Assembly: GCA_017475605.1 (NCBI GenBank)
Contig: JAFVFD010000004.1
Coordinates: 90,001 to 122,000 of the forward strand
From: Alphaproteobacteria bacterium
GTDB taxonomy: Bacteria > Pseudomonadota > Alphaproteobacteria > Rs-D84
Direction of reading: 5' to 3'
DNA length: 32,000 bases
A model generated the notes under the pieces. The model saw only the letters and a list, made by a program, of their open reading frames with translations, was not told the DNA's origin and ran no database searches. Of the stretch, positions 7,809 to 14,864 are shown piece by piece. How positions within the stretch are numbered: position 1 is the first letter of the stretch; each line of letters starts with the position of its first letter. The position numbers and the translations under genes were made by a program.

Positions 7809-10800
7809 ACTTTTCACGGAACACAATTTTACGCAATTTTGCACGCAGGTGTTCCATCACCATAAACAATGCCGGTGTTAATGTAAATGTCCATATCATT
7901 GATGCCAACATACCACCAATCATAACCGCCGCCATTGCGGTCTTCATTCCGTCCCCACCAAATAACTGGGGTGCCATACCGGCGACAACCGCAATTGATG
8001 TCATCAACACCATATTCTTTTTCAAATTCAATTCCGTCCACAATGCATCTGCAATTTTTTCGCCCGCACGAATACGGTTGATTGCCGGTTCCAGAACCAA
8101 AATACTGTTATTCACAACCAGACCCACCAACATAACGAATGCCAACATCGCGCCCACGTTCATTGATGCGCCCGACAAGAATAACACAATAAACACGCCG
8201 GCGAAACTGTTGATAATAGATGTCGCCATTGTTAATGGGTGCGTCAGTGAATTCAAAATTGCCGCCAGCAACATAAATGTCAAAATGGATGCCAGGAAGA
8301 ATGCCTGACCGATTTCACCTGTGGTATCGCCCTGAATTTCCGACATACCGCCGAATTGATAGCGATAGCCCGTTTGCCAATCCATCTTTTTCAAGACATT
8401 TTCAATTTTTGCCTGGACCGGTCCCAGTGTTGATTTACCCAAATTGATATCAATTTCAGTAATTCTGTTTTTATCCAAACGGCGAATATCCGGTGTTGCC
8501 GGTACAACGCGTGTTTCGCCCAACTGCGACAACGCAACCATACCCTTGTTCGAATTGGCATAGACCACATCAAACAAGTTCTGTGTTTTGAACGGCTTGG
8601 CAAATTCAACAACTATCGGGTATTCATCGCCATTTTCCTTGTATTTATAACTGTCGTTTCCATACAACGCATAACGCAGCACCGTTCCAGCATAACTGTT
8701 TTTTATGCCCCAGAAATCCATTTTTTCGGCATCCGGCATAAAGCGCACTTCGTTGGCTGGTGCCTGTTGGGCCAGGACCGCCGATTGAATTTCCTCGATT
8801 TTATTTATTTCATCGATAATCTGACGCGCATATGCCTCGCGAATATTATCGTCTTCGCCATAGATATTAAGCACAATATCAGAAGATATTGATGACATGG
8901 CCATCCCAGCACGAATCTGAATTTCGGCATCTGGAATATCGTTTAACAATGGCAACATTTCCTGGACCAACTTTTTATCAGATTTACGGCGTTCGCCCTT
9001 GTCCACCAATTCAACACGAACCTGGATATTCTGTAAACCCTGGTCGCCGATTTTCGCGGTTAAAGATTTTACTTCGGGCAAATCAGACAACCGCTGTTCA
9101 ATAGCCTGTGTTACCGCCAGTGATTTTTCATATGTCGCCCCCATTGGCGCACGTGCGGTAATTGTTATTTCGTTCATATCGGTTGATGGTGAAAACTCAT
9201 TCCCGACAAAGCGCATCAACATACTTGACCCAACAAGCACCAAAAATGCCAAGCCCACAACGCGTCCCGCATGCAGCATCTGGTAATCGAACCAACGGCG
9301 CAACCATGATGCGTGTTCGGTCTTTTTATTTTGTTTTTCGCGTGCGGCGATTTCGCGTTTGTTTTCATCACTTAACCGCAGGAATTGCGCAATCATCATT
9401 GGTGTAAGGGTAAAACTGAACATCAACGACAACACCGTCAAATACACAACGGTAAGTCCAAACTGAATCATAAACTTGCCAACAATACCGCCCATAAATG
9501 CCAACGGTAAAAACACCACGACGTTGGTACCGACACCCGCCAAAACGGAAACCGCAACCTTTTTAGTACCATCAATTGCGGCATCTTCGGAACTTTTACC
9601 GGCACGCATTTCCTGTAATGCGGCTTCAATCAAAATAATCGCGTTTGACACCAATGTCCCCAGTGCAGATGAATATGCCAACAATGTAATTGCGTTAATG
9701 GTAAAACCACTTGCACTCATAAATTCAAAACCTGCGATTAAAGATGCCGGAATCACGACACCCGCAATAATTGTTGAACGCCAGTTGCGTGTGAATGCCA
9801 ACAAAACCAAAACGGTAAATATAACCCCCAATATAATACCGTTGATTGTATCGTTTGTGTCATCTGCGATGGTTGTTGATGAATCAGAAATGATTTCCAT
9901 TGTCGCATTTGCATCCGGAAAGTGCGCCGCAAAATCAGCGGTCAATTCCGGCATCTTTTTGCGCAGTGCCTGTGAAATCTTAATCGCGTTACCGTCATTT
10001 GCCTTTTCCACCGATGCGATAACAACGTCCGCACCATTATAGCGCGCACCCTTTTCAATATCACGCGCCGCGTCTGTTACACTTGCCACATCGGACAGTT
10101 TGAAACGAATACCTTCGGCGGTTGATATGGGCAGATTTGCGATTTCATCAACTGAATCAAATTCACCAATAAAGCGCACATTTTCAGATGCCGCACCATA
10201 TTCAATTTTACCGCCCGGCACGTTCAGGTTTTTATTTCCCAATGCCGTTATAACATCCATAATCGTAACACCACGCGCCGCCATTAAATCTGGATCCATG
10301 GCAATACGAATTGCGCGTTCGCGGCCCCCGAATGTTGAAACCTTGGCCACACCATCAATAGCGGTAATTTTATTTGCCAAAACATCATCTATATATTGCT
10401 GAATCTGTGTTGCGGATGGCCCGGTTAAAACGATATCAACAACGGCTTCCTGAAGCGGATTTAATTTTTCAACAACAGGCTGTTTCAAATCGTCTGGAAA
10501 TTCAGATGCCAACGCATCTATTTTTGTTTTAACCTCGGCCGCCTTGTCATTGGCATTAATACCCAGATTAAATTCGGTCATAATGAATCCGCCGTTTTCA
10601 AAAATGCGCGATGTAATATGCTTAATACCCGGAACTTCGGAAATAGCATCTTCGGCCTTTTTAATAACCTGTGATTCGATTTCGTCGCTTGATGCACCTG
10701 GATATACAAATGTCGCCGTCACCATTGGAAAGTCCAACGACGGTGTGCGTTCAATATTCATTTTTGGATATGCCACCAACCCCAGCAATACCCATACCAA

Positions 10801-10848
10801 AACAAACATTAATGTAGTAATAGGACGACGAACAAAAAACTTTAACAT
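7807..10848 (-). CDS. RND (AcrB/HAE1-type) efflux transporter permease
   Basis: 1013 aa with typical 12-TM RND architecture and two large periplasmic loops. The N-terminus is MLKFFVRRPITTLMFVLVWVLLG. It is the last gene after tolC and the adaptor. Confidence 0.93.
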   Translation of the reverse strand: MLKFFVRRPITTLMFVLVWVLLGLVAYPKMNIERTPSLDFPMVTATFVYPGASSDEIESQVIKKAEDAISEVPGIKHITSRIFENGGFIMTEFNLGINANDKAAEVKTKIDALASEFPDDLKQPVVEKLNPLQEAVVDIVLTGPSATQIQQYIDDVLANKITAIDGVAKVSTFGGRERAIRIAMDPDLMAARGVTIMDVITALGNKNLNVPGGKIEYGAASENVRFIGEFDSVDEIANLPISTAEGIRFKLSDVASVTDAARDIEKGARYNGADVVIASVEKANDGNAIKISQALRKKMPELTADFAAHFPDANATMEIISDSSTTIADDTNDTINGIILGVIFTVLVLLAFTRNWRSTIIAGVVIPASLIAGFEFMSASGFTINAITLLAYSSALGTLVSNAIILIEAALQEMRAGKSSEDAAIDGTKKVAVSVLAGVGTNVVVFLPLAFMGGIVGKFMIQFGLTVVYLTVLSLMFSFTLTPMMIAQFLRLSDENKREIAAREKQNKKTEHASWLRRWFDYQMLHAGRVVGLAFLVLVGSSMLMRFVGNEFSPSTDMNEITITARAPMGATYEKSLAVTQAIEQRLSDLPEVKSLTAKIGDQGLQNIQVRVELVDKGERRKSDKKLVQEMLPLLNDIPDAEIQIRAGMAMSSISSDIVLNIYGEDDNIREAYARQIIDEINKIEEIQSAVLAQQAPANEVRFMPDAEKMDFWGIKNSYAGTVLRYALYGNDSYKYKENGDEYPIVVEFAKPFKTQNLFDVVYANSNKGMVALSQLGETRVVPATPDIRRLDKNRITEIDINLGKSTLGPVQAKIENVLKKMDWQTGYRYQFGGMSEIQGDTTGEIGQAFFLASILTFMLLAAILNSLTHPLTMATSIINSFAGVFIVLFLSGASMNVGAMLAFVMLVGLVVNNSILVLEPAINRIRAGEKIADALWTELNLKKNMVLMTSIAVVAGMAPQLFGGDGMKTAMAAVMIGGMLASMIWTFTLTPALFMVMEHLRAKLRKIVFREK

Positions 10849-10863
10849 TTTATAACCCTGCCA

Positions 10864-11472
10864 TTATTTAATAATCTTAACCAATGCACCATCTGTAATA
10901 TTTGATGTAATAACAACATCGCCATTTGCGACACCAGTTATCATCGCATTATCTAAATCAGAACGTACAACCGAAACCGGAATCGATTTTGCCACACCAT
11001 CGCGCACGACAAAAACATTTCCATTATGCACCGCGTATGTCGGCACATAGAAACCCTTTTCGCGTATTTCAACCGTATGCGCACCGTCCGCCGCACCACG
11101 CGTATGAACAACGTACATACCAGTATCTAAATCAACCGATTGCGCGACCGAAGTAATCACACCACCATCGGTAATTTTTTGCCCAGTACGAAAACGGCCA
11201 ACGCGCATACCGGACACATACCCACGATTAGCCTTGATAAACAACGGTTCATAAATCACACCATCTGTTTGTGCCATTTCTATAACACTTACCGGCGCAC
11301 CATTTTGGTTCGCATCGCGGGTCAGGTTTACAACAGACCGATTCTGCATCATAAAAAATGACACAAAACGATACACAACCAGCAACGCGAAAATAGTTAC
11401 CGCAATCCGCATCAAAATATGATGCAGACGATGTGAATCCATTCCTTTAATTTTTTCGATAATTTTACGCAT
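10864..11472 (-). CDS. Putative RND periplasmic adaptor (membrane fusion protein), drastically shortened (202 aa)
   Basis: It lies between tolC and the RND permease. It has an N-terminal TM anchor and an adaptor-like beta-barrel/membrane-proximal tail (VPTYAVHNGNVFVVRDGVAKSIPVSVVRSDLDNAMITGVANGDVVITSN). There is no room for an alpha-hairpin. The ATG at 11472 lies 1 nt after the tolC stop; the track start at 11481 is GTG. Confidence 0.6.
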   Translation of the reverse strand: MRKIIEKIKGMDSHRLHHILMRIAVTIFALLVVYRFVSFFMMQNRSVVNLTRDANQNGAPVSVIEMAQTDGVIYEPLFIKANRGYVSGMRVGRFRTGQKITDGGVITSVAQSVDLDTGMYVVHTRGAADGAHTVEIREKGFYVPTYAVHNGNVFVVRDGVAKSIPVSVVRSDLDNAMITGVANGDVVITSNITDGALVKIIK

Positions 11473-11473
11473 T

Positions 11474-12814
11474 TTATTCACCCAACTTTTTAACAGATTC
11501 CGCAGCCATTAATATTTTGTATTTAGAATTAAGCAATGCCATATCTAACTGGTACAGGCCACTTGATACCTCGGCCAATTCAATCGCGGATGTTTGCCCG
11601 GCGATAAAGCGTTGGCGCGAAAAATCATATGCCTTGGCGGCCAAATCGCGCGCATTTTGTAATGTCCCCAGGTTTTCGCGCAAATGGTTATATTGCGCAA
11701 TCGCATTGTCGTATTTTTCAGTTGTGATTTTTTTAGATTTATCCAGGTCTTGACGTGCGGCTTCGGCATTCATGGCTTCGACCGTTGCGTTGGCACGATT
11801 TACACCACCGGACAAAATTGGCATTTTGAATGCCAGTCCCCAATATGCCGACTGATTACCCTTTTTATCAAACAAATCGTCCGCAGAGTTTGCAACGGCG
11901 GAATAATTATACGATGCAGTTGCCGCCAATGTTGGCAACGCACCATCACGTTTTGACCGCGCAGATTTTTCATACATGCGAATCTGCTGATTCAAAATAT
12001 CCCATTCGGGTGTTGATGTTAATTTTTTCGCATTCATTTCGGCAAAACTTTCCGGAAATTCGGTGGTAAGTGTTAAATCTTCGTTTACATCGATTCCCGC
12101 CAAAATCTTTAACATACGATGCGCCGTATCGCGATTGAATTTTGCATCGGAAAGGTTGATTTCCTTGGTCGCAATATCAGATTCAATTTTGACCAGGTTT
12201 CCGCGGCTGACCCGCCCCGCACTTGTTAAATTGCGGCGCGCATCACGCGCAGTTTTCAAATCTTGTTCCGCCAATTTCACAATTTCATCTGTCATTTTTG
12301 CGGTCCAGTATAAATCAACCGCGCTGTATTTCACTTCGCGACGAACCATTTCTTTACTTGATTCAGACATTTTGATTGCGCTGCGCACAGATTCAACCGC
12401 ATTACCGATTTTACCAAATGTATAAATCGGCTGGGTAAAGGTTAAACCCGCCATAAACACATTGTCCGGCATTTCCAGTTTTTCGACTGGTTCCGATTGA
12501 TGATACATTTGTGCCAATATACCACCCAACTGCGGTGGCAAATCAACATTCATTGAACCACTGAACGGACGTGCAACATCGACCATATTCATATATGTTG
12601 CGGTACCTTCTATCTGTAACCAGCGATTAGAATTCGCCGCGTCCAACGAAGCCTTGGCCTTTTTAACATTGGCATCGGCCTTTTTAATGTCGTTTGATTC
12701 CGCCAATATTTTAGACACCGCATCGTCCAGCGATAAATCCATCGCAAATGCCGGCACGCACACAAATGCCGCAAAGACCCCCATAAAGATATGCGCAAAC
12801 ACCCGCATTTTCAT
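11474..12814 (-). CDS. TolC-family outer membrane efflux protein
   Basis: Signal peptide MKMRVFAHIFMGVFAAFVCVPAFA, then a two-repeat TolC-like sequence (LSLDDAV..., QQIRMYE...). The ATG at 12814 lies 1 nt after the marR stop, with SD GGAGG at 12828-12824. The track start at 12823 is TTG. Confidence 0.85.
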   Translation of the reverse strand: MKMRVFAHIFMGVFAAFVCVPAFAMDLSLDDAVSKILAESNDIKKADANVKKAKASLDAANSNRWLQIEGTATYMNMVDVARPFSGSMNVDLPPQLGGILAQMYHQSEPVEKLEMPDNVFMAGLTFTQPIYTFGKIGNAVESVRSAIKMSESSKEMVRREVKYSAVDLYWTAKMTDEIVKLAEQDLKTARDARRNLTSAGRVSRGNLVKIESDIATKEINLSDAKFNRDTAHRMLKILAGIDVNEDLTLTTEFPESFAEMNAKKLTSTPEWDILNQQIRMYEKSARSKRDGALPTLAATASYNYSAVANSADDLFDKKGNQSAYWGLAFKMPILSGGVNRANATVEAMNAEAARQDLDKSKKITTEKYDNAIAQYNHLRENLGTLQNARDLAAKAYDFSRQRFIAGQTSAIELAEVSSGLYQLDMALLNSKYKILMAAESVKKLGE

Positions 12815-12815
12815 T

Positions 12816-13259
12816 TTATGCAACCTCCATATTTTTCAAGACACCGTTAATAGTCGTCATTGCCGCAATCAATTTATCTTCGTTTTCGCGCGACAGGCCG
12901 GAAAAGACTTCGCCAATAATATTTTCAAAATCTGTAATCATTTTTTTTGCGACATCTGCACCGGCGGCGGTTACGCTGTACCACGTATTGCGACGGTCTT
13001 TATCATCTACTTCGCGCAAAACCAGGCCCCGCGATTCCAAAATCTTGAAAGTCGCACAAAGGTTCGGTGTCGTTGTAAATTCGCGATATGCGATATCTTT
13101 TAACAGTGCGCGTCCCCCGACATAAAGTCGTACCAAAACACTTATTTGCGCCCGCGTATACGCGACATCGCGTATCATTCTGGACTTTACGCGGTCCATC
13201 AATCGATCCATTGTCGTCATATTATCTTCTATTAAACGAACAAATTCCTTGCGTGCCAT
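12816..13259 (-). CDS. MarR-family transcriptional regulator
   Basis: 147 aa with a winged-helix core: LVRLYVGGRALLKDIAYREFTTTPNLCATFKILESRGLVLREVDDKDRRNTWYSVTAAG. It is the first gene of the efflux operon. SD AAGGAG lies upstream. Confidence 0.85.
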   Translation of the reverse strand: MARKEFVRLIEDNMTTMDRLMDRVKSRMIRDVAYTRAQISVLVRLYVGGRALLKDIAYREFTTTPNLCATFKILESRGLVLREVDDKDRRNTWYSVTAAGADVAKKMITDFENIIGEVFSGLSRENEDKLIAAMTTINGVLKNMEVA

Positions 13260-13291
13260 TTGATTCTCCTTTATAGTAAGAATACAGGTTG

Positions 13292-13339
13292 AATTATTAA
13301 AACCGCCAATAATTATATATTTTAATAAAACAATTTCAA
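13292..13339 (-). promoter_or_regulatory. Candidate marR-efflux operon promoter with an overlapping inverted repeat (possible MarR operator)
   Basis: Minus strand reads TTGAAA (13339-13334)-N16-TATAAT (13317-13312). The inverted repeat AATTATT-N9-AATAATT (13292-13314) overlaps the -10 and the start region. The arms are AT-rich, so the statistical weight is low. Confidence 0.4.
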
Positions 13340-13391
13340 GCCCTATTTTGTGAAAAAATGCGTATTTTTTGTTGGGAACGAAAAAATATTA

Positions 13392-13419
13392 TTGCAAATC
13401 GGGCAAAGATTATTATAAT
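13392..13419 (+). promoter_or_regulatory. Candidate tRNA-Gln promoter
   Basis: TTGCAA (13392-13397)-N16-TATAAT (13414-13419). The -10 ends 12 nt before the mature tRNA 5' end. Confidence 0.5.
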
Positions 13420-13431
13420 TCGCTATGCTTT

Positions 13432-13505
13432 TGGGGTGTCGTCTAATGGTAGGACAAGAGATTTTGGTTCTCTTTATCATGGTTCGAATCCGTGCGCCCC
13501 AACCA
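13432..13505 (+). tRNA. tRNA-Gln (anticodon UUG), CCA encoded
   Basis: Hand-folded cloverleaf. Acceptor TGGGGTG/CGCCCCA with the U1:A72 typical of bacterial tRNA-Gln. D stem GTCT/GGAC. Anticodon stem AGAGA/TCTCT with loop TTTTGGT. T arm CATGG-TTCGAAT-CCGTG. Discriminator A followed by CCA. Confidence 0.92.
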
Positions 13506-13511
13506 GAATAA

Positions 13512-13544
13512 ATAAAACCGCCCTTTTGGGCGGTTTCTTTATTT
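13512..13544. terminator. Bidirectional Rho-independent terminator (tRNA-Gln / flavodoxin gene)
   Basis: 9-bp stem AAACCGCCC/GGGCGGTTT with a TTTT loop (13515-13536). T-rich tract downstream on the plus strand and A-rich tract upstream. It sits between convergent genes. Confidence 0.7.
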
Positions 13545-13553
13545 AACACCTGA

Positions 13554-14120
13554 TTATTTCAGCCATTCGCCGGCCCAGGTTTTTAATTCGTCCGCCGACA
13601 CATCGTTTGGAAAACGTGCACCGTTCATAACATTTGCCCCCGGGACGATTGCACGAATTGATTCTGCGGCTTCGTCTGTCGATGGTGTGGAACCAGATGT
13701 TGCAAATGGAACAATCGTTTTGCCATTGAAATCATAACTTTCCAGGAAAGTATCAATTATCGATGGTTCGCGGCCCCACCAAATTGGGAATCCAACGAAT
13801 ACGATGTTGTATTGATCCATATTTTCAACACGCGATGCGATTTCTGGACGGCTGCTGCGGTCATTCATTTCAACGGATGCGCGGCTTTTGTCGTTGCGCC
13901 AATCTAAATCTTCGGCTGTATATGCCGCCATTGGTTGAATTTCAAACAAATCGGCACCTGTTGCCGCGGCCAGGTTTTGTGCCACACCCGCGGTATTGCC
14001 GGTTGCACTAAAATACGCAATCAACGCGTTGTTTTTCGTGGCATTTGATTTGCCCGAAAATGCCCAGACCACCGCCACAACGGCGACAATCGCAACAACA
14101 ATGTATAAAAGTTTTTTCAT
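13554..14120 (-). CDS. Flavodoxin-family protein with an N-terminal signal/anchor helix
   Basis: MKKLLYIVVAIVAVVAVVWAFSG is followed by the FMN-loop-like YFSATGNTAGVAQ and VGFPIWWG. The ATG at 14120 has SD AAGGAAG. The longer track ORF (to 14192) would overlap the tRNA-Glu promoter region. Confidence 0.8.
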   Translation of the reverse strand: MKKLLYIVVAIVAVVAVVWAFSGKSNATKNNALIAYFSATGNTAGVAQNLAAATGADLFEIQPMAAYTAEDLDWRNDKSRASVEMNDRSSRPEIASRVENMDQYNIVFVGFPIWWGREPSIIDTFLESYDFNGKTIVPFATSGSTPSTDEAAESIRAIVPGANVMNGARFPNDVSADELKTWAGEWLK

Positions 14121-14192
14121 TTTTTCTTCCTTTTGGTTTTTTTGTATATTTTCTTTATAGCAAATTGCCCCGCAACCACGCAAGAAAAACAA

Positions 14193-14220
14193 TTGAAAAA
14201 AATGATAAACAATGTAAAAT
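14193..14220 (+). promoter_or_regulatory. Candidate tRNA-Glu promoter
   Basis: TTGAAA (14193-14198)-N16-TAAAAT (14215-14220). The -10 ends 14 nt before the tRNA 5' end. Confidence 0.45.
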
Positions 14221-14234
14221 AGCCACGCATTGAT

Positions 14235-14309
14235 GCTCCCATCGTCTAGCGGTCAGGACACCGGATTCTCATTCCGATAACACGGGTTCGATTCCCGTTG
14301 GGAGTGCCA
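14235..14309 (+). tRNA. tRNA-Glu (anticodon CUC), CCA encoded
   Basis: GCTCCCA TC GTCT AGCGGTCA GGAC A CCGGA TTCTCAT TCCGA TAAC ACGGG TTCGATT CCCGT TGGGAGT G CCA. The D arm is Glu-like (TCGTCTAG.GG..AGGACA). The fold has a G1-U72 wobble and a C27-A43 mismatch. Confidence 0.85.
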
Positions 14310-14384
14310 AAAAAATGAAACACATTTATTATTTAAAATTATCACCAATTTTCCCGGTGTTTTTTAAGAAAAAGCCGGTATATT

Positions 14385-14412
14385 TGAACTTTGCACTCTG
14401 CACTTTGAACTT
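14385..14412. repeat. Four tandem heptamers TGAACTT TGCACTC TGCACTT TGAACTT
   Basis: Read directly from the sequence. The tract lies in the non-coding gap between tRNA-Glu and the merR terminator. Confidence 0.8.
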
Positions 14413-14415
14413 TAT

Positions 14416-14448
14416 AAAAAAAACACCGGCATTTGCCGGTGTTTTTTT
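14416..14448 (-). terminator. Rho-independent (bidirectional-looking) terminator after merR
   Basis: Stem ACACCGGC/GCCGGTGT (14423-14430 / 14435-14442) with loop ATTT, flanked by an A-run and a T-run. The stem is identical to that of the terminator at 7782-7801. Confidence 0.7.
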
Positions 14449-14454
14449 AATTTT

Positions 14455-14850
14455 TTATTGTCCCGATGTTAAAATCGCGCGCGCGGTATTAAGTAATGAA
14501 ATCGCAGTTGCAATATCGTCGGACACTTCAGACGACATTGTTGTTTTTTGCTGTGTCGCAACCGATGCCTTTTCGTGTTTGGAAATTGCAAAATCATCGG
14601 CACTTTTTGGCAAATCGCCATCGTGTATTAACTTTTTAACACCGGCAATTGTCATACCATGGTTATACAACAACGATTTGATTGTTTCCAAGCGCGCCAC
14701 TGTTTCGGCACGATAATACCGGCGACCACCCGCCCCGGTTGTTGGACGAATTGCGGTTGGGAATTGCTTTTCCCAATAGCGCAACGTGTGCGCCGGTATG
14801 GATAACCGTTTTGACACTTCATTGATAGATGCAAAATATTCGTTATCCAT
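14455..14850 (-). CDS. MerR-family transcriptional regulator
   Basis: N-terminal HTH ASINEVSKRLSIPAHTLRYWEKQF...GGRRYY. The ATG at 14850 lies 14 nt after the gyrA stop with SD GGGGGCG, so it is likely co-transcribed with gyrA. Confidence 0.85.
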   Translation of the reverse strand: MDNEYFASINEVSKRLSIPAHTLRYWEKQFPTAIRPTTGAGGRRYYRAETVARLETIKSLLYNHGMTIAGVKKLIHDGDLPKSADDFAISKHEKASVATQQKTTMSSEVSDDIATAISLLNTARAILTSGQ

Positions 14851-14864
14851 ATCGCCCCCACATA

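Noticed and set aside
13343-13549. 68-aa and 62-aa ORFs spanning the tRNA-Gln locus
   Set aside because: They overlap a well-folded tRNA, its promoter and a terminator, so a tRNA gene explains the sequence far better.
13432-14309. Genomic island or integrated element at the two tRNA genes
   Set aside because: No integrase, direct repeat of a tRNA 3' end, or foreign-looking gene flanks either tRNA. The only gene between them is an ordinary flavodoxin-family protein.
14385-14412. CRISPR or other long repeat array
   Set aside because: There are only four 7-nt units with no spacers. No repeat of 20 nt or longer recurs at regular intervals anywhere in the window.
14315-14716. 133-aa plus-strand ORF starting just after tRNA-Glu
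   Set aside because: It runs through the heptamer array and a strong terminator hairpin, then antisense into merR. It has no SD and an implausible low-complexity N-terminus.
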